Below, in pieces: positions 39,079 to 47,454 of a DNA stretch of 64,000 bases (positions within the stretch are counted from its first letter, which is position 1; each line of letters starts with the position of its first letter). Below the pieces are notes generated by a model. That model was not told the origin of the DNA and ran no database searches. It saw nothing but the letters and a program-made list of their open reading frames with translations. The DNA is from Thermoplasmata archaeon. GTDB lineage: Archaea > Thermoplasmatota > Thermoplasmata > Lutacidiplasmatales > UBA184. The stretch is taken from assembly GCA_021821785.1 (NCBI GenBank), contig JAKACD010000001.1, positions 39,964-103,963 of the forward strand. The letters run 5' to 3'. The position numbers and the translations under genes were made by a program.

Positions 39079-40035
39079 TTACGGAGGGTTCGGCTCGCTC
39101 CGGCGCTCCGGCCCTGCGGCCGGGGCCAGGACTTCTCGGTATCCCTTCCAGAGACTGTAGCCGCCGATCCCCCCCACGACGGTGACGATCAGAACGAACG
39201 CGACCCCGATCGAGTTGAGGTTCGGGATCGAGCTGCCGGTCCCGAGGGCGTAGTTCTCGATCCACGGCGCCACGGCCACCACGAGCCCGATCGCCACGAA
39301 CGCGAGCCCCCCGACGTAGAGGGTGCGCGCCGCCGTCCGGCGGCCCACGCGCTGCATCTGGGCGAGGCTGAGACGCTTCAGGCGCGCCAGGCGGGCGAAC
39401 AGCGCGCCGGTGATCATCTGCATCACCATGGTCCCGAGCCCGAAGAACCCGCCCACCGCGGCGGCCCACAGGACGTTCGGCATCTCGGGCGCGAGCACAA
39501 AGACGATGATCGTGGCGAACCCACCGATCCCCCATCCCGCGATGAACCCGTGCACGGCGGCCATGCGCAGGGGCACTGGCTTCACCCCGGTCTCCGGTAA
39601 CGGAGACCGCTCCGCGACCGTGCGGTGGTGGGTATGCTCGCGGAAGAACTGGCCAAAGAGACGCTCGAGGAGATGGTCGAGCGGCAGGTGGATATCCGAT
39701 CCGCGGAGCAGGAACCACCCCGCGCCGAACATCGCGATGCCCACGAGGACGTAGATCGGACCGTCCAGGTTGTAGACGAGGTAGATCGACGCGAGCCCGA
39801 GGAACCCGAGCGCCGTGAGGATCGCCCGCTGGACGGCGAAGCCGGTGGAGAAGACGAGACCGGACTTGAGACCTCCCCGGCTCGTGTAGCTGCCGATCGA
39901 GTAGCTGAAGGTGATCGGCCAGGTGTGCTCGTCCGGGGTCCCTCCGTGCAAGAGGCCGAGCACGAACGAGATCGCCAGGAGGATCGGGACCGTGAGCCCG
40001 GTCGGCGGGTTGAGGAAGAAGTCCAGGACTGACAT
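39079..40035 (-). CDS. metal transporter-like membrane protein (NiCoT/UreH-like)
   Basis: TM1 LGLLHGGTPDEHTWP, His-rich loop EHTHHR, VHGFIAG; downstream of DtxR regulator. Confidence 0.65.
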   Translation of the reverse strand: MSVLDFFLNPPTGLTVPILLAISFVLGLLHGGTPDEHTWPITFSYSIGSYTSRGGLKSGLVFSTGFAVQRAILTALGFLGLASIYLVYNLDGPIYVLVGIAMFGAGWFLLRGSDIHLPLDHLLERLFGQFFREHTHHRTVAERSPLPETGVKPVPLRMAAVHGFIAGWGIGGFATIIVFVLAPEMPNVLWAAAVGGFFGLGTMVMQMITGALFARLARLKRLSLAQMQRVGRRTAARTLYVGGLAFVAIGLVVAVAPWIENYALGTGSSIPNLNSIGVAFVLIVTVVGGIGGYSLWKGYREVLAPAAGPERRSEPNPP

Positions 40036-40052
40036 CGGGTATGCCACCGGTC

Positions 40053-40484
40053 CTAGCGATGGCCCCGGTCCACTTCGCAGGGGGCGATCGGGTCCCCGTG
40101 CGGGCAGGTCGCGGGATGACCTTCGCTTTCGCAGAGGCGCTCTACGGTCCGGTGGTCGAGGGCGAGATCGATCTCGCGCGCGGCCCGGCACGTCTCTCCC
40201 GCCGGAAACCCGAGTCGGGCGAACAGCTGCTCGGCCACCCGATGGTGCCGTTCGTACTCCCGGAGGCAGGCGTCGCCCCGGGGCGTCAGCCGGCTCTTCC
40301 CCCGACGCCGTGCCACCAGACCGAGCTCCTCGAGCGTCGTGAGGTGCTCGAGCGCCGAGGGGGCCCGCAATTTCAGCTCGGTAGCGATCGACCCGAGGGG
40401 GGCCCCGCGGGGCGGCGTCTCGAGCTGCCGCACGGCCATCAGGGCGTCGAGCTGGCGACGGCTCAGCCGCGCGAGAACCTCCAT
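40053..40484 (-). CDS. DtxR/MntR family metal-dependent regulator
   Basis: HTH IATELKLRAPSA; RHHRVAE; TCPHGDPI. Confidence 0.88.
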   Translation of the reverse strand: MEVLARLSRRQLDALMAVRQLETPPRGAPLGSIATELKLRAPSALEHLTTLEELGLVARRRGKSRLTPRGDACLREYERHHRVAEQLFARLGFPAGETCRAAREIDLALDHRTVERLCESEGHPATCPHGDPIAPCEVDRGHR

Positions 40485-40510
40485 GCCCTAGCCAGGCGAG
40501 GCGCTTTACT

Positions 40511-40543
40511 TAAGGATATACCTAATTTTTAGGATGGTTCGAA
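40511..40543. promoter_or_regulatory. tandem DtxR-type operator boxes
   Basis: TAAGG-ATATA-CCTAA (40511-40525) and TTAGG-ATGGT-TCGAA (40529-40543) directly upstream of the dtxR-like gene. Confidence 0.65.
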
Positions 40544-40660
40544 GCCACCCCACGTCCAGCGGCGCCTCACCCTCCGGGACGGCCCGGCCTGCGCACGTGC
40601 CGGGTGGGGGCGGCCCCTCCGCGTCAGCCACTATTTAGAGGGGCGCGGTCTCCGACTCCC

Positions 40661-41040
40661 GTGGCCTCCAGCCGCCGGCTCTCCGCGATCGTCTTCACCG
40701 ATATGGCGGGCTCGACCGAGCTCGCGCCACGGTCCTTGCGATGTTGGGCGAGCCCGACGAGGCGCGGAGCCTCCTCTCCCAGCACCAAAACGCTCAGAAC
40801 GCCGGATTCGTGAGCGCGGACTACGTCGCCGCTCTCCATGCGGTGATCGGGGAGGGAGAGCACGCGCTCTCGGTGCTCGAGAAGGCAGCCAACGGTGGAG
40901 AGAGCGGCCCTTGGCTCCGGTACATGTCTCCCGCCTTCGACTCTATCCGCAGGGACCCGCGCTTCGGGGCGCTGATCCGCGCGTATCACTTTCCCGAAGC
41001 GGTCACTCAAACGGCTACCGGTGTGCGTCCCGGAACTTAG
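40661..41040 (+). pseudogene. adenylate/guanylate cyclase-TPR protein remnant with large internal deletion
   Basis: N-terminus VASSRRLSAIVFTDMAGSTELA joined out of frame to TPR-type C-terminus ...ATVLAMLGEPDEAR...FDSIRRDPRFGALI. Confidence 0.75.
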
Positions 41041-41305
41041 TGGGCAGCCGGCCGGCGTCGGCGCGGGCAAGGCGGCGAGCGACCGGCCGGGTGGGCGGGT
41101 CCGTCGCAATCCGAAGCGTACCCCCCGCCGGCCCCGACCTCGGGCGGCGCTTCGGAGGACCGCGGCCCGGGGGTAGCCGGTGGGCTCAGATTCCGTCCCC
41201 GGCTCGGGCTCACCTATGGGCCGAGGGGTGGCGTGCCGAAAAGGGAGGCCCGTACCGCACCCGGGTAGCGGAGGGCTAAAGGCCCCCGGAGAATCTAGAA
41301 GGTCA

Positions 41306-41572
41306 ATGAGCGAGAATGGCCCCCGGGAGGGTACCCGGGACCTCCCCAAACGGGACCGGGACGCCGGGTATCGGGCGGTCGAACCCGGGACCCCAACCGG
41401 TACGGCGTACGCCGCGCTGGGCCGGGCCGCGGTCCGTCGGAGGGAAGAGATCCTCGAGCTCGTTCGTCAGGGACTGCCCCCACATCGGATCGCCGAGCTC
41501 TATCAGCGCGCGCATCCGCTCGAGTTGCCGATCTCCCTTGACGAGGTCCGGGCCCTGGCCCGCCGTCGGTGA
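41306..41572 (+). CDS. hypothetical small protein, possibly helix-turn-helix
   Basis: RREEILELVRQGLPPHRIAELY resembles an HTH start; no family recognised. Confidence 0.5.
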   Translation: MSENGPREGTRDLPKRDRDAGYRAVEPGTPTGTAYAALGRAAVRRREEILELVRQGLPPHRIAELYQRAHPLELPISLDEVRALARRR

Positions 41573-41748
41573 TCGGGCGCTCCGCCCAGGCGGCGTGGGA
41601 GCGAGGCGCGAGGGCGCCTTGCCTTCGTCACCGCCCGAAGGTTGGGTGACCGACCGCTCCGGTGAGAGGGGGACTGCCCCCGTAGGGGGTCGCGGCTCGT
41701 GGGACCCATTGCTTCGACCTCCACGACGGGGCGAGTCGCGCCGGCGCA

Positions 41749-41821
41749 AGCCGAGGGAGGGAATCGAACCCCCAGGAAACGGATCTGCAGTCCGTCGCAT
41801 TAACCATTCTGCCACCTCGGC
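41749..41821 (-). tRNA. tRNA-Cys(GCA)
   Basis: GCCGAGGTGGCAGAATGGTTAATGCGACGGACTGCAGATCCGTTTCCTGGGGGTTCGATTCCCTCCCTCGGCT cloverleaf; TTTAAA upstream. Confidence 0.95.
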
Positions 41822-41873
41822 GCGGCGGACGGCAGGGGTCCGCTGTTTAAAGCCCTCGGGGAGCCGCGCCGGA

Positions 41874-42554
41874 TTAGATCGGGCGGAACCCCCGAGCCAG
41901 GAGCCGGGCGCCCGTCAGGAAGCCCAGCCGCACGCGGGCGTTCCATCGAAGCCCGTTCCCACCGGGCTCGACCCGGTGGTGTCGCAGGGCGTTGAGAAGA
42001 TCCTCGGTCGAGGCGACCTCGGCGGGAAACTCGGTGTACGCCCGTCCGAGATCCCCGAGCTCATGGACGTCACTGCCACCCGTAGCCAAGAGGTGGCGGC
42101 GAGCAGCAACGACCTCGGCCCGAAAGTTCTGGATGTTGGAGTTGTGACCGTTCCGGATCTCGAGCCCGTCCACGGCCTCGCCCTCCGCGCAGGCCCGCCC
42201 CGCGCCGTGCGCCCAGCGGAACGGATGGGCGAGGACCGCAAGGCCCCCGCGCGCGTGGACCCAGTCGAGGGTCTCGGCGAGCGAGCGGTGCGGCGGCGGG
42301 GCCTCGGAGATGCCGTACGCGAGCAGATGCCCCTCGCGCGTCGAGACCTCGATACCGGGTAGAACCAGGAGTCCGGGGAAGTTCGAGCGGAGCTCGGGGA
42401 GCCGGCGGTGGCCCTCGACGCTGTTGTGATCGGTGAGCGCGAACCCTTTGAGCCCTACGTAGGACAGCTGGTTTGCGATCTCGGGGAGGCGAAGACGGGA
42501 ATCGGGCGAATGGGCGGAGTGGACGTGGAGGTCCAGCCGAACGGTGCCGCTCAT
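41874..42554 (-). CDS. PHP-domain metal-dependent phosphoesterase
   Basis: DLHVHS, LTDHN, GIEVST..GHLL, AHPFR, GGSDVH. Confidence 0.88.
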   Translation of the reverse strand: MSGTVRLDLHVHSAHSPDSRLRLPEIANQLSYVGLKGFALTDHNSVEGHRRLPELRSNFPGLLVLPGIEVSTREGHLLAYGISEAPPPHRSLAETLDWVHARGGLAVLAHPFRWAHGAGRACAEGEAVDGLEIRNGHNSNIQNFRAEVVAARRHLLATGGSDVHELGDLGRAYTEFPAEVASTEDLLNALRHHRVEPGGNGLRWNARVRLGFLTGARLLARGFRPI

Positions 42555-44821
42555 CGCACCTTCGCTCCCGGGGGGACCTCTTCGGGAAGCCGCACGGCGC
42601 GCCCGGGTCCGAAGGCGAGGACCTCCCCGGTCGTCGCCTCGGGACCGGAGAGCCGGACGACGACACGGCCGGGGCCGGCCCAGTCGCCGGGCACGGTCAC
42701 TTCCCGATCCCCGACATTGACTTGCGACCCTCCGCCGGGGGCCGGCCCCACGACCGAGCCGACCCGGAGGACGAGCGCGGCGAACTCCTCGTAAGAGATG
42801 GTCCGGTCGGTTGGGGAGGCGCCGGTCACGTACGCCCCCGCAACGACCTCCCGAGGAGGTTCGAGGAGGACGGCGTGGTCTCCGTGGTCCGCGGCGAGGA
42901 CCATCCCCTGGGAGGTCATCCGCCGAATCGTACGGGGCGCGAGGTTCGCCAGGATCGCCACCGAGCGCCCGAGCAACGCCTCGGGCGGATAGGAGGACCT
43001 CAGGCCGGCGACCAGCGTGCGGGGGGCGCCCTCTCCGACGTCGACCTCGAGGATGTAGAGCTTGTCCGCCGAGGGATGGGGCGCGACGCTCCGGACGGTC
43101 CCGGCTCGGATCGCGAGGATGACCGGACCCCCTGCGGACGGGGCAGGTGTCGGAGGCGTCGTCGTCGGCGACGGAGCCGAAGCCGGCGCCGGTCGGGGGA
43201 AGAGGGGACGGATCTCGCCGAGCGGTCGATCCGGCGCCGGTGGGTCGCCGACGCGGTCCCAGTCACCGGGTCCGGGAGGACCGGATCGACCCAGCATCCG
43301 GAAGACCTCCGCGCTCGAGAACGGAAGGACGGGCGCCAGCCAGGTCGCGATCGCCTGGAGGGACCAGACGGCCTCGTACACCGCGCGAGCGCGCGCCGGC
43401 TCGTCCGCTTGCCATGGGCGGGCCTCGTGGAAGCGGCGGTTCGCTTCTCGCACCTCGCCGAGGGCCAGGTCGAGCGCCTCCTTGAGGTGGACCCGCTCGT
43501 ACTCCTGGGTGATGCGAGCGTGAGCGGACTGGACTCGCGCCTGGATCGCCGGGAGCGCGCTCGGTTCATCCGGGGGAGGAGGAATCTTCCCTCCGTACCG
43601 GTCCCGGACCAGGACGAGCGTGCGCTGGACCAGGTTCCCGTACTGGTTCGCGAGCACCTCCTCGCGGACCTTGTGAAACTCGGCCCAGTCCAGATCGGTG
43701 TCATGGTTCTGGGGGGCGAGGAGCGCGGCGTAGAACCGGATCACGTCGGGCGGATACCGATCGAGCAGCGCCGGAATGAACGCCGCCTCGTCCTCGGTAC
43801 GGGACTTCGAGATCTTGCCGCCGGCGACCCGGAGCCATTCGTTCGCGGGAACGTCGTACGGGAGCTGGAGTCCGCCGACACCGAGAAGGATCCCCGGCCA
43901 GATGATCGTGTGGTGGAACTTGTTGTCCTTGCCGACGAAGTAGTAGGCCCGCACCGACTCGGCGGCGTCCCAGAAGCGGTGCCACGCCCCCGGATCCCCG
44001 TTCCGGATCGCCCACTCCCGGGAGGCGGAGAGATACCCGGTCACCGCGTCGAACCAGACGTAGAAGCGCTTCGCGTCGTAGCCATCGAGCGGAAGCGGGA
44101 TCCCCCACTCGAGGTCACGGGTGATCGGCGTCGGGTGGAGCCCCTCGGCGAGAAAGTTCTCCGCCACGTGGAGGGTGCCCGGGCGCCAGTGGGGTTGGTG
44201 CTGCAGCCACTCCGCGAGCTTCGGCTGGAGTCGGTCGAGCTCGAGGTAGAAGTGCTCGGACGGGCGGAACTCGGCCGGCGTGCCGCACAGCGCACAGCGG
44301 GGCTCCACGAGCTGGCGGGGCTCGAGAGGGCGTCCGCAATTGTCGCACTCGTCGCCACGGGCCTTGTCGAACCCGCAGTACGGACAGCGCCCGTTCAGGT
44401 ACCGGTCCGGCAGGAAGCGGCGATGGTTCGGGCAGTACGCCCCGTCCGCGGTCCTCCGCTGGACGAACCCGTGCTCCAGGAGCGCGAGGAACACCTCCTG
44501 GACGGTCTTCTCGTGCACGACCGTATGGGTCTCGGTGTAAAGGTCGAACGAGAAGCCGAGGCGCTCGAACGACGCCTTGTTGATCTCGTGGTAGCGTCGA
44601 GCGACCGTTTCGGGGGAGACGCCCTCCTTCTCGGCCCGAACGAGCGCGGGCGTTCCGTGCATGTCGGAGCCGGACACCATCAGGACCTCGTGGCCCCGGA
44701 GACGGTGGTATCGCGCGAACGTCTCCCCGGGCAGGTAGGCACCGGCCAGGTGGCCGATATGGAACGGACCGTTCGCGTACGGCCACGCGATGCCGACGAA
44801 GATCCGGGTCGTTTCCTCCAC
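42551..44821 (-). CDS. metG: methionyl-tRNA synthetase
   Basis: PYANGPFHIGH, zinc knuckles, YVWFDA, GKDN, KISKS; C-terminal tRNA-binding OB domain. Confidence 0.95.
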   Translation of the reverse strand: MEETTRIFVGIAWPYANGPFHIGHLAGAYLPGETFARYHRLRGHEVLMVSGSDMHGTPALVRAEKEGVSPETVARRYHEINKASFERLGFSFDLYTETHTVVHEKTVQEVFLALLEHGFVQRRTADGAYCPNHRRFLPDRYLNGRCPYCGFDKARGDECDNCGRPLEPRQLVEPRCALCGTPAEFRPSEHFYLELDRLQPKLAEWLQHQPHWRPGTLHVAENFLAEGLHPTPITRDLEWGIPLPLDGYDAKRFYVWFDAVTGYLSASREWAIRNGDPGAWHRFWDAAESVRAYYFVGKDNKFHHTIIWPGILLGVGGLQLPYDVPANEWLRVAGGKISKSRTEDEAAFIPALLDRYPPDVIRFYAALLAPQNHDTDLDWAEFHKVREEVLANQYGNLVQRTLVLVRDRYGGKIPPPPDEPSALPAIQARVQSAHARITQEYERVHLKEALDLALGEVREANRRFHEARPWQADEPARARAVYEAVWSLQAIATWLAPVLPFSSAEVFRMLGRSGPPGPGDWDRVGDPPAPDRPLGEIRPLFPRPAPASAPSPTTTPPTPAPSAGGPVILAIRAGTVRSVAPHPSADKLYILEVDVGEGAPRTLVAGLRSSYPPEALLGRSVAILANLAPRTIRRMTSQGMVLAADHGDHAVLLEPPREVVAGAYVTGASPTDRTISYEEFAALVLRVGSVVGPAPGGGSQVNVGDREVTVPGDWAGPGRVVVRLSGPEATTGEVLAFGPGRAVRLPEEVPPGAKVR

Positions 44822-44977
44822 CTCTCCACCGCACCCGAGCCCGCCCGCGACCTAAGGATTTCGAGGGACGGCCCATGGGACGAACGACTCCCGCCCTCCG
44901 AGGCGGTGGGGCGCTCCCCGCCCGGCCCGCCGCGACGCCGCGTCGCCTTTATCGACCCCGGGGCCTGCTCGACGCCG

Positions 44978-45886
44978 GTGCCCGAAAACGAGTCGGCGAT
45001 GATCCGGCCGGTCGTGCCCGAGGCCGACCAGCTGATCGGGGTGCGCCACCCTGTGCTCAGCCACGGGTTCGTCGCGCTCGTCGACTACATGGGCAATGAC
45101 GCCGCCATCGTCCAGGCGGCCCGGGTTTCCTACGGCCAAGGAACGAAGAGCTTCCGCGATGACCGGGGCTTGATCCGGTACCTGATGCGCCACCGCCACA
45201 CGACGCCGTTCGAGATGGTGGAGTACAAGTTCCTGATTCGGCTCCCCATCTTCGTCGCGCGCCAGTTCATCCGGCACCGCAGCGGCTCGTTCAACGAGTT
45301 CTCGGCCCGGTACTCGATCATGACGGACGAGTACGAAGTGCCCCCCCCCGAGGAGGTCCGGCGCCAATCCACCCGGAACCGCCAGGGCCGGGCCGAGGCG
45401 CTGCCCCCCGAGACCGTGGACCGGTTCCGCTCCGAACTCGATCGAGTTTCCCGGGATGCCTACGCGGTGTACACGCAGGCCCTCGACGCGGGCGTGGCGC
45501 GGGAGACCGCACGTCTCGTGCTGCCGGTGGCCTACTACACCCAGTGGTACTGGAAGACCAACCTGTGGAATCTCTTCCACTTCCTCTCGCTCCGCCTGGA
45601 CCCCCACGCGCAGGAGGAGATCCGGCTCTATGCGGCGGAGATCGCCCGGATCGCGCGCGTCGTCGCCCCGACCGCGTTCGAGGCGTTCGAGGAGTTCCAG
45701 CGCGCCGCGTTGCCGCTCGGCCGTCGGGAGCAGGTGGCCCTGCGGGCCCTTCTCGAAGGGAAGACACCGGAGCAGGCCTGCGCGCTCGCGGGACTGCCGC
45801 TCACTCGGGACGACGGCCGACCGATGACGAGCGGAGAGGGCGTCGAGTTCCTCGAGAAGCTCGAGCGCCTGCGCCGGGCCGACTAG
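44978..45886 (+). CDS. thyX: FAD-dependent thymidylate synthase
   Basis: AARVSY, HTTPFE, RHRSGSFNEFSARY (RHRx7SxR), HAQEEIR. Confidence 0.93.
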   Translation: MPENESAMIRPVVPEADQLIGVRHPVLSHGFVALVDYMGNDAAIVQAARVSYGQGTKSFRDDRGLIRYLMRHRHTTPFEMVEYKFLIRLPIFVARQFIRHRSGSFNEFSARYSIMTDEYEVPPPEEVRRQSTRNRQGRAEALPPETVDRFRSELDRVSRDAYAVYTQALDAGVARETARLVLPVAYYTQWYWKTNLWNLFHFLSLRLDPHAQEEIRLYAAEIARIARVVAPTAFEAFEEFQRAALPLGRREQVALRALLEGKTPEQACALAGLPLTRDDGRPMTSGEGVEFLEKLERLRRAD

Positions 45887-45932
45887 ACCCGTGCCCCGTC
45901 CACCGTATAGGCGGACAGGGGTTGGGGCCTGC

Positions 45933-47423
45933 ATGCCGACCCCAGCCCCGCGAGGCGTCTTCCTCGACAACGAATGGCTTCCTTCCGACGGCCGAGCGGT
46001 GGCGGAGGTGATCGATCCGGCGGACGGCTCGACGGTAGGCACCGTCGCGAGCGGGACCGCGGAGGATGCCCGGGCGGCGATGGACTCGGCGGCCCGCGCC
46101 CAGCCGGCGTGGGAGGCGATCGGCGCCGCCGCGCGCGGGAAGATCCTCCTCGCCGTCGCCGAGCGGCTGCGCGCGCGCCGGGAGGAGCTCGCGCGCCTGA
46201 TCACCCGGGAGATGGGCAAGGTCCTCTACGAGAGCCGGGCCGAGGTCGACGGCGCCATCGACAATCTCGAGTACTATCCCGCGTTCGCGCGCACCCTTTC
46301 CGGCGAGGAGGTCGCGGGCCTTCCCTCCGGAGAGACGATGCGCCTCCTCTGGGTCCCGCGCGGCGTCGTGGTCGCGATCACCCCGTGGAACTTCCCGGCC
46401 GCGACGGTCACTCGCAAGATCGCCCCCGCGCTCCTCGGCGGGAACACGATGGTCCTCAAGCCGTCCAGCAACACGCCGCTCTCGGCGCTCTTGATCGCGG
46501 AGGCGTTTCGGGAGGCCGGTCTGCCCCCGGGGGTCCTGAACGTCCTCCCCGGGCCGGGCGGCACCGTGGGCCCGGCCCTGATCCAGCACCCCAAGTGCAG
46601 CACGGTCACCCTCACCGGGTCGACGCGCAGCGGCATCGAGGTCCTGCGCGCCGCCGCGCCGGGCGTCGTCAAGTGCCTCCTCGAGCTGGGGGGGAAAGCC
46701 CCGGTGCTGGTCGGGGCCGACGCCGATCTCGACTGGGCGGCGCGCGCCACGGTCTGGGCCCGATTCTGGAACGCGGGGCAGGCCTGCATCGCCGCCGAGC
46801 GATGCTACGTCGCCGAGAGCGTGAGGGACCGCTTCCGCGCGAAGGTCACGGCGCTCGTGGCCGCGCTCCGGGTCGGGCCCGGTCTCGCGCCCCACGTCGA
46901 TATGGGTCCGCTGTACTCCGCCGGGGCCCGGGAGGCGATGGGCAAGGAGGTGAGCCAGGCGGTCTCAGAGGGAGCGAAGGTGGTGGTCGGCGGGAGCGCG
47001 CCTGCTTCCGGCGCGCTCGCGCGCGGAGCGTTCTATCTCCCGACGGTCCTCGATGGGGTCGAGGATTCGAACTCCGTCGCCCAGGAGGAGATCTTCGGCC
47101 CGGTCCTGCCGCTATTGACCTTCTCGGACTGGGACGACGTGATCGGCCGGGTGAACGCGAGCCGCTACGGTCTCTCGAGCTACGTCTTCACCCGGGATCT
47201 CTCCATCGCCGAGAAGGCGATCCGGGAACTGCGGTACGGGGAGACGTACGTGAACCGGGTCGGTCCCGAGACCCCGCAAGGGTACCACGCCGGCTTCCGC
47301 CAGAGCGGACTCGGCGGGGAGGGGACCGTCTGGGGCGTGCGCGACTACCTCCAGCTCAAGACCGTCTACGTCGACTGGAAGGAGCCGCACCGCGGGGACT
47401 ACTTCCCGCCGTACCCTGACTGA
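45933..47423 (+). CDS. aldehyde dehydrogenase (glyceraldehyde/lactaldehyde DH-like)
   Basis: ITPWNFP, TGST, LELGGK, NAGQAC, EEIFGP. Confidence 0.9.
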   Translation: MPTPAPRGVFLDNEWLPSDGRAVAEVIDPADGSTVGTVASGTAEDARAAMDSAARAQPAWEAIGAAARGKILLAVAERLRARREELARLITREMGKVLYESRAEVDGAIDNLEYYPAFARTLSGEEVAGLPSGETMRLLWVPRGVVVAITPWNFPAATVTRKIAPALLGGNTMVLKPSSNTPLSALLIAEAFREAGLPPGVLNVLPGPGGTVGPALIQHPKCSTVTLTGSTRSGIEVLRAAAPGVVKCLLELGGKAPVLVGADADLDWAARATVWARFWNAGQACIAAERCYVAESVRDRFRAKVTALVAALRVGPGLAPHVDMGPLYSAGAREAMGKEVSQAVSEGAKVVVGGSAPASGALARGAFYLPTVLDGVEDSNSVAQEEIFGPVLPLLTFSDWDDVIGRVNASRYGLSSYVFTRDLSIAEKAIRELRYGETYVNRVGPETPQGYHAGFRQSGLGGEGTVWGVRDYLQLKTVYVDWKEPHRGDYFPPYPD

Positions 47424-47454
47424 GGGGAGCGACCCGTCCTCCGCCGGGGCCCGC

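Noticed and set aside
41040-41213. 58-codon minus-strand GTG ORF
   Set aside because: Low-complexity Pro/Gly/Arg sequence expected by chance at this GC content
42473-44977. 1137 aa plus-strand ORF suggesting a giant ThyX fusion
   Set aside because: The first ~835 codons are the antisense shadow of metG; ThyX starts near 44978 after its own TTTAT box
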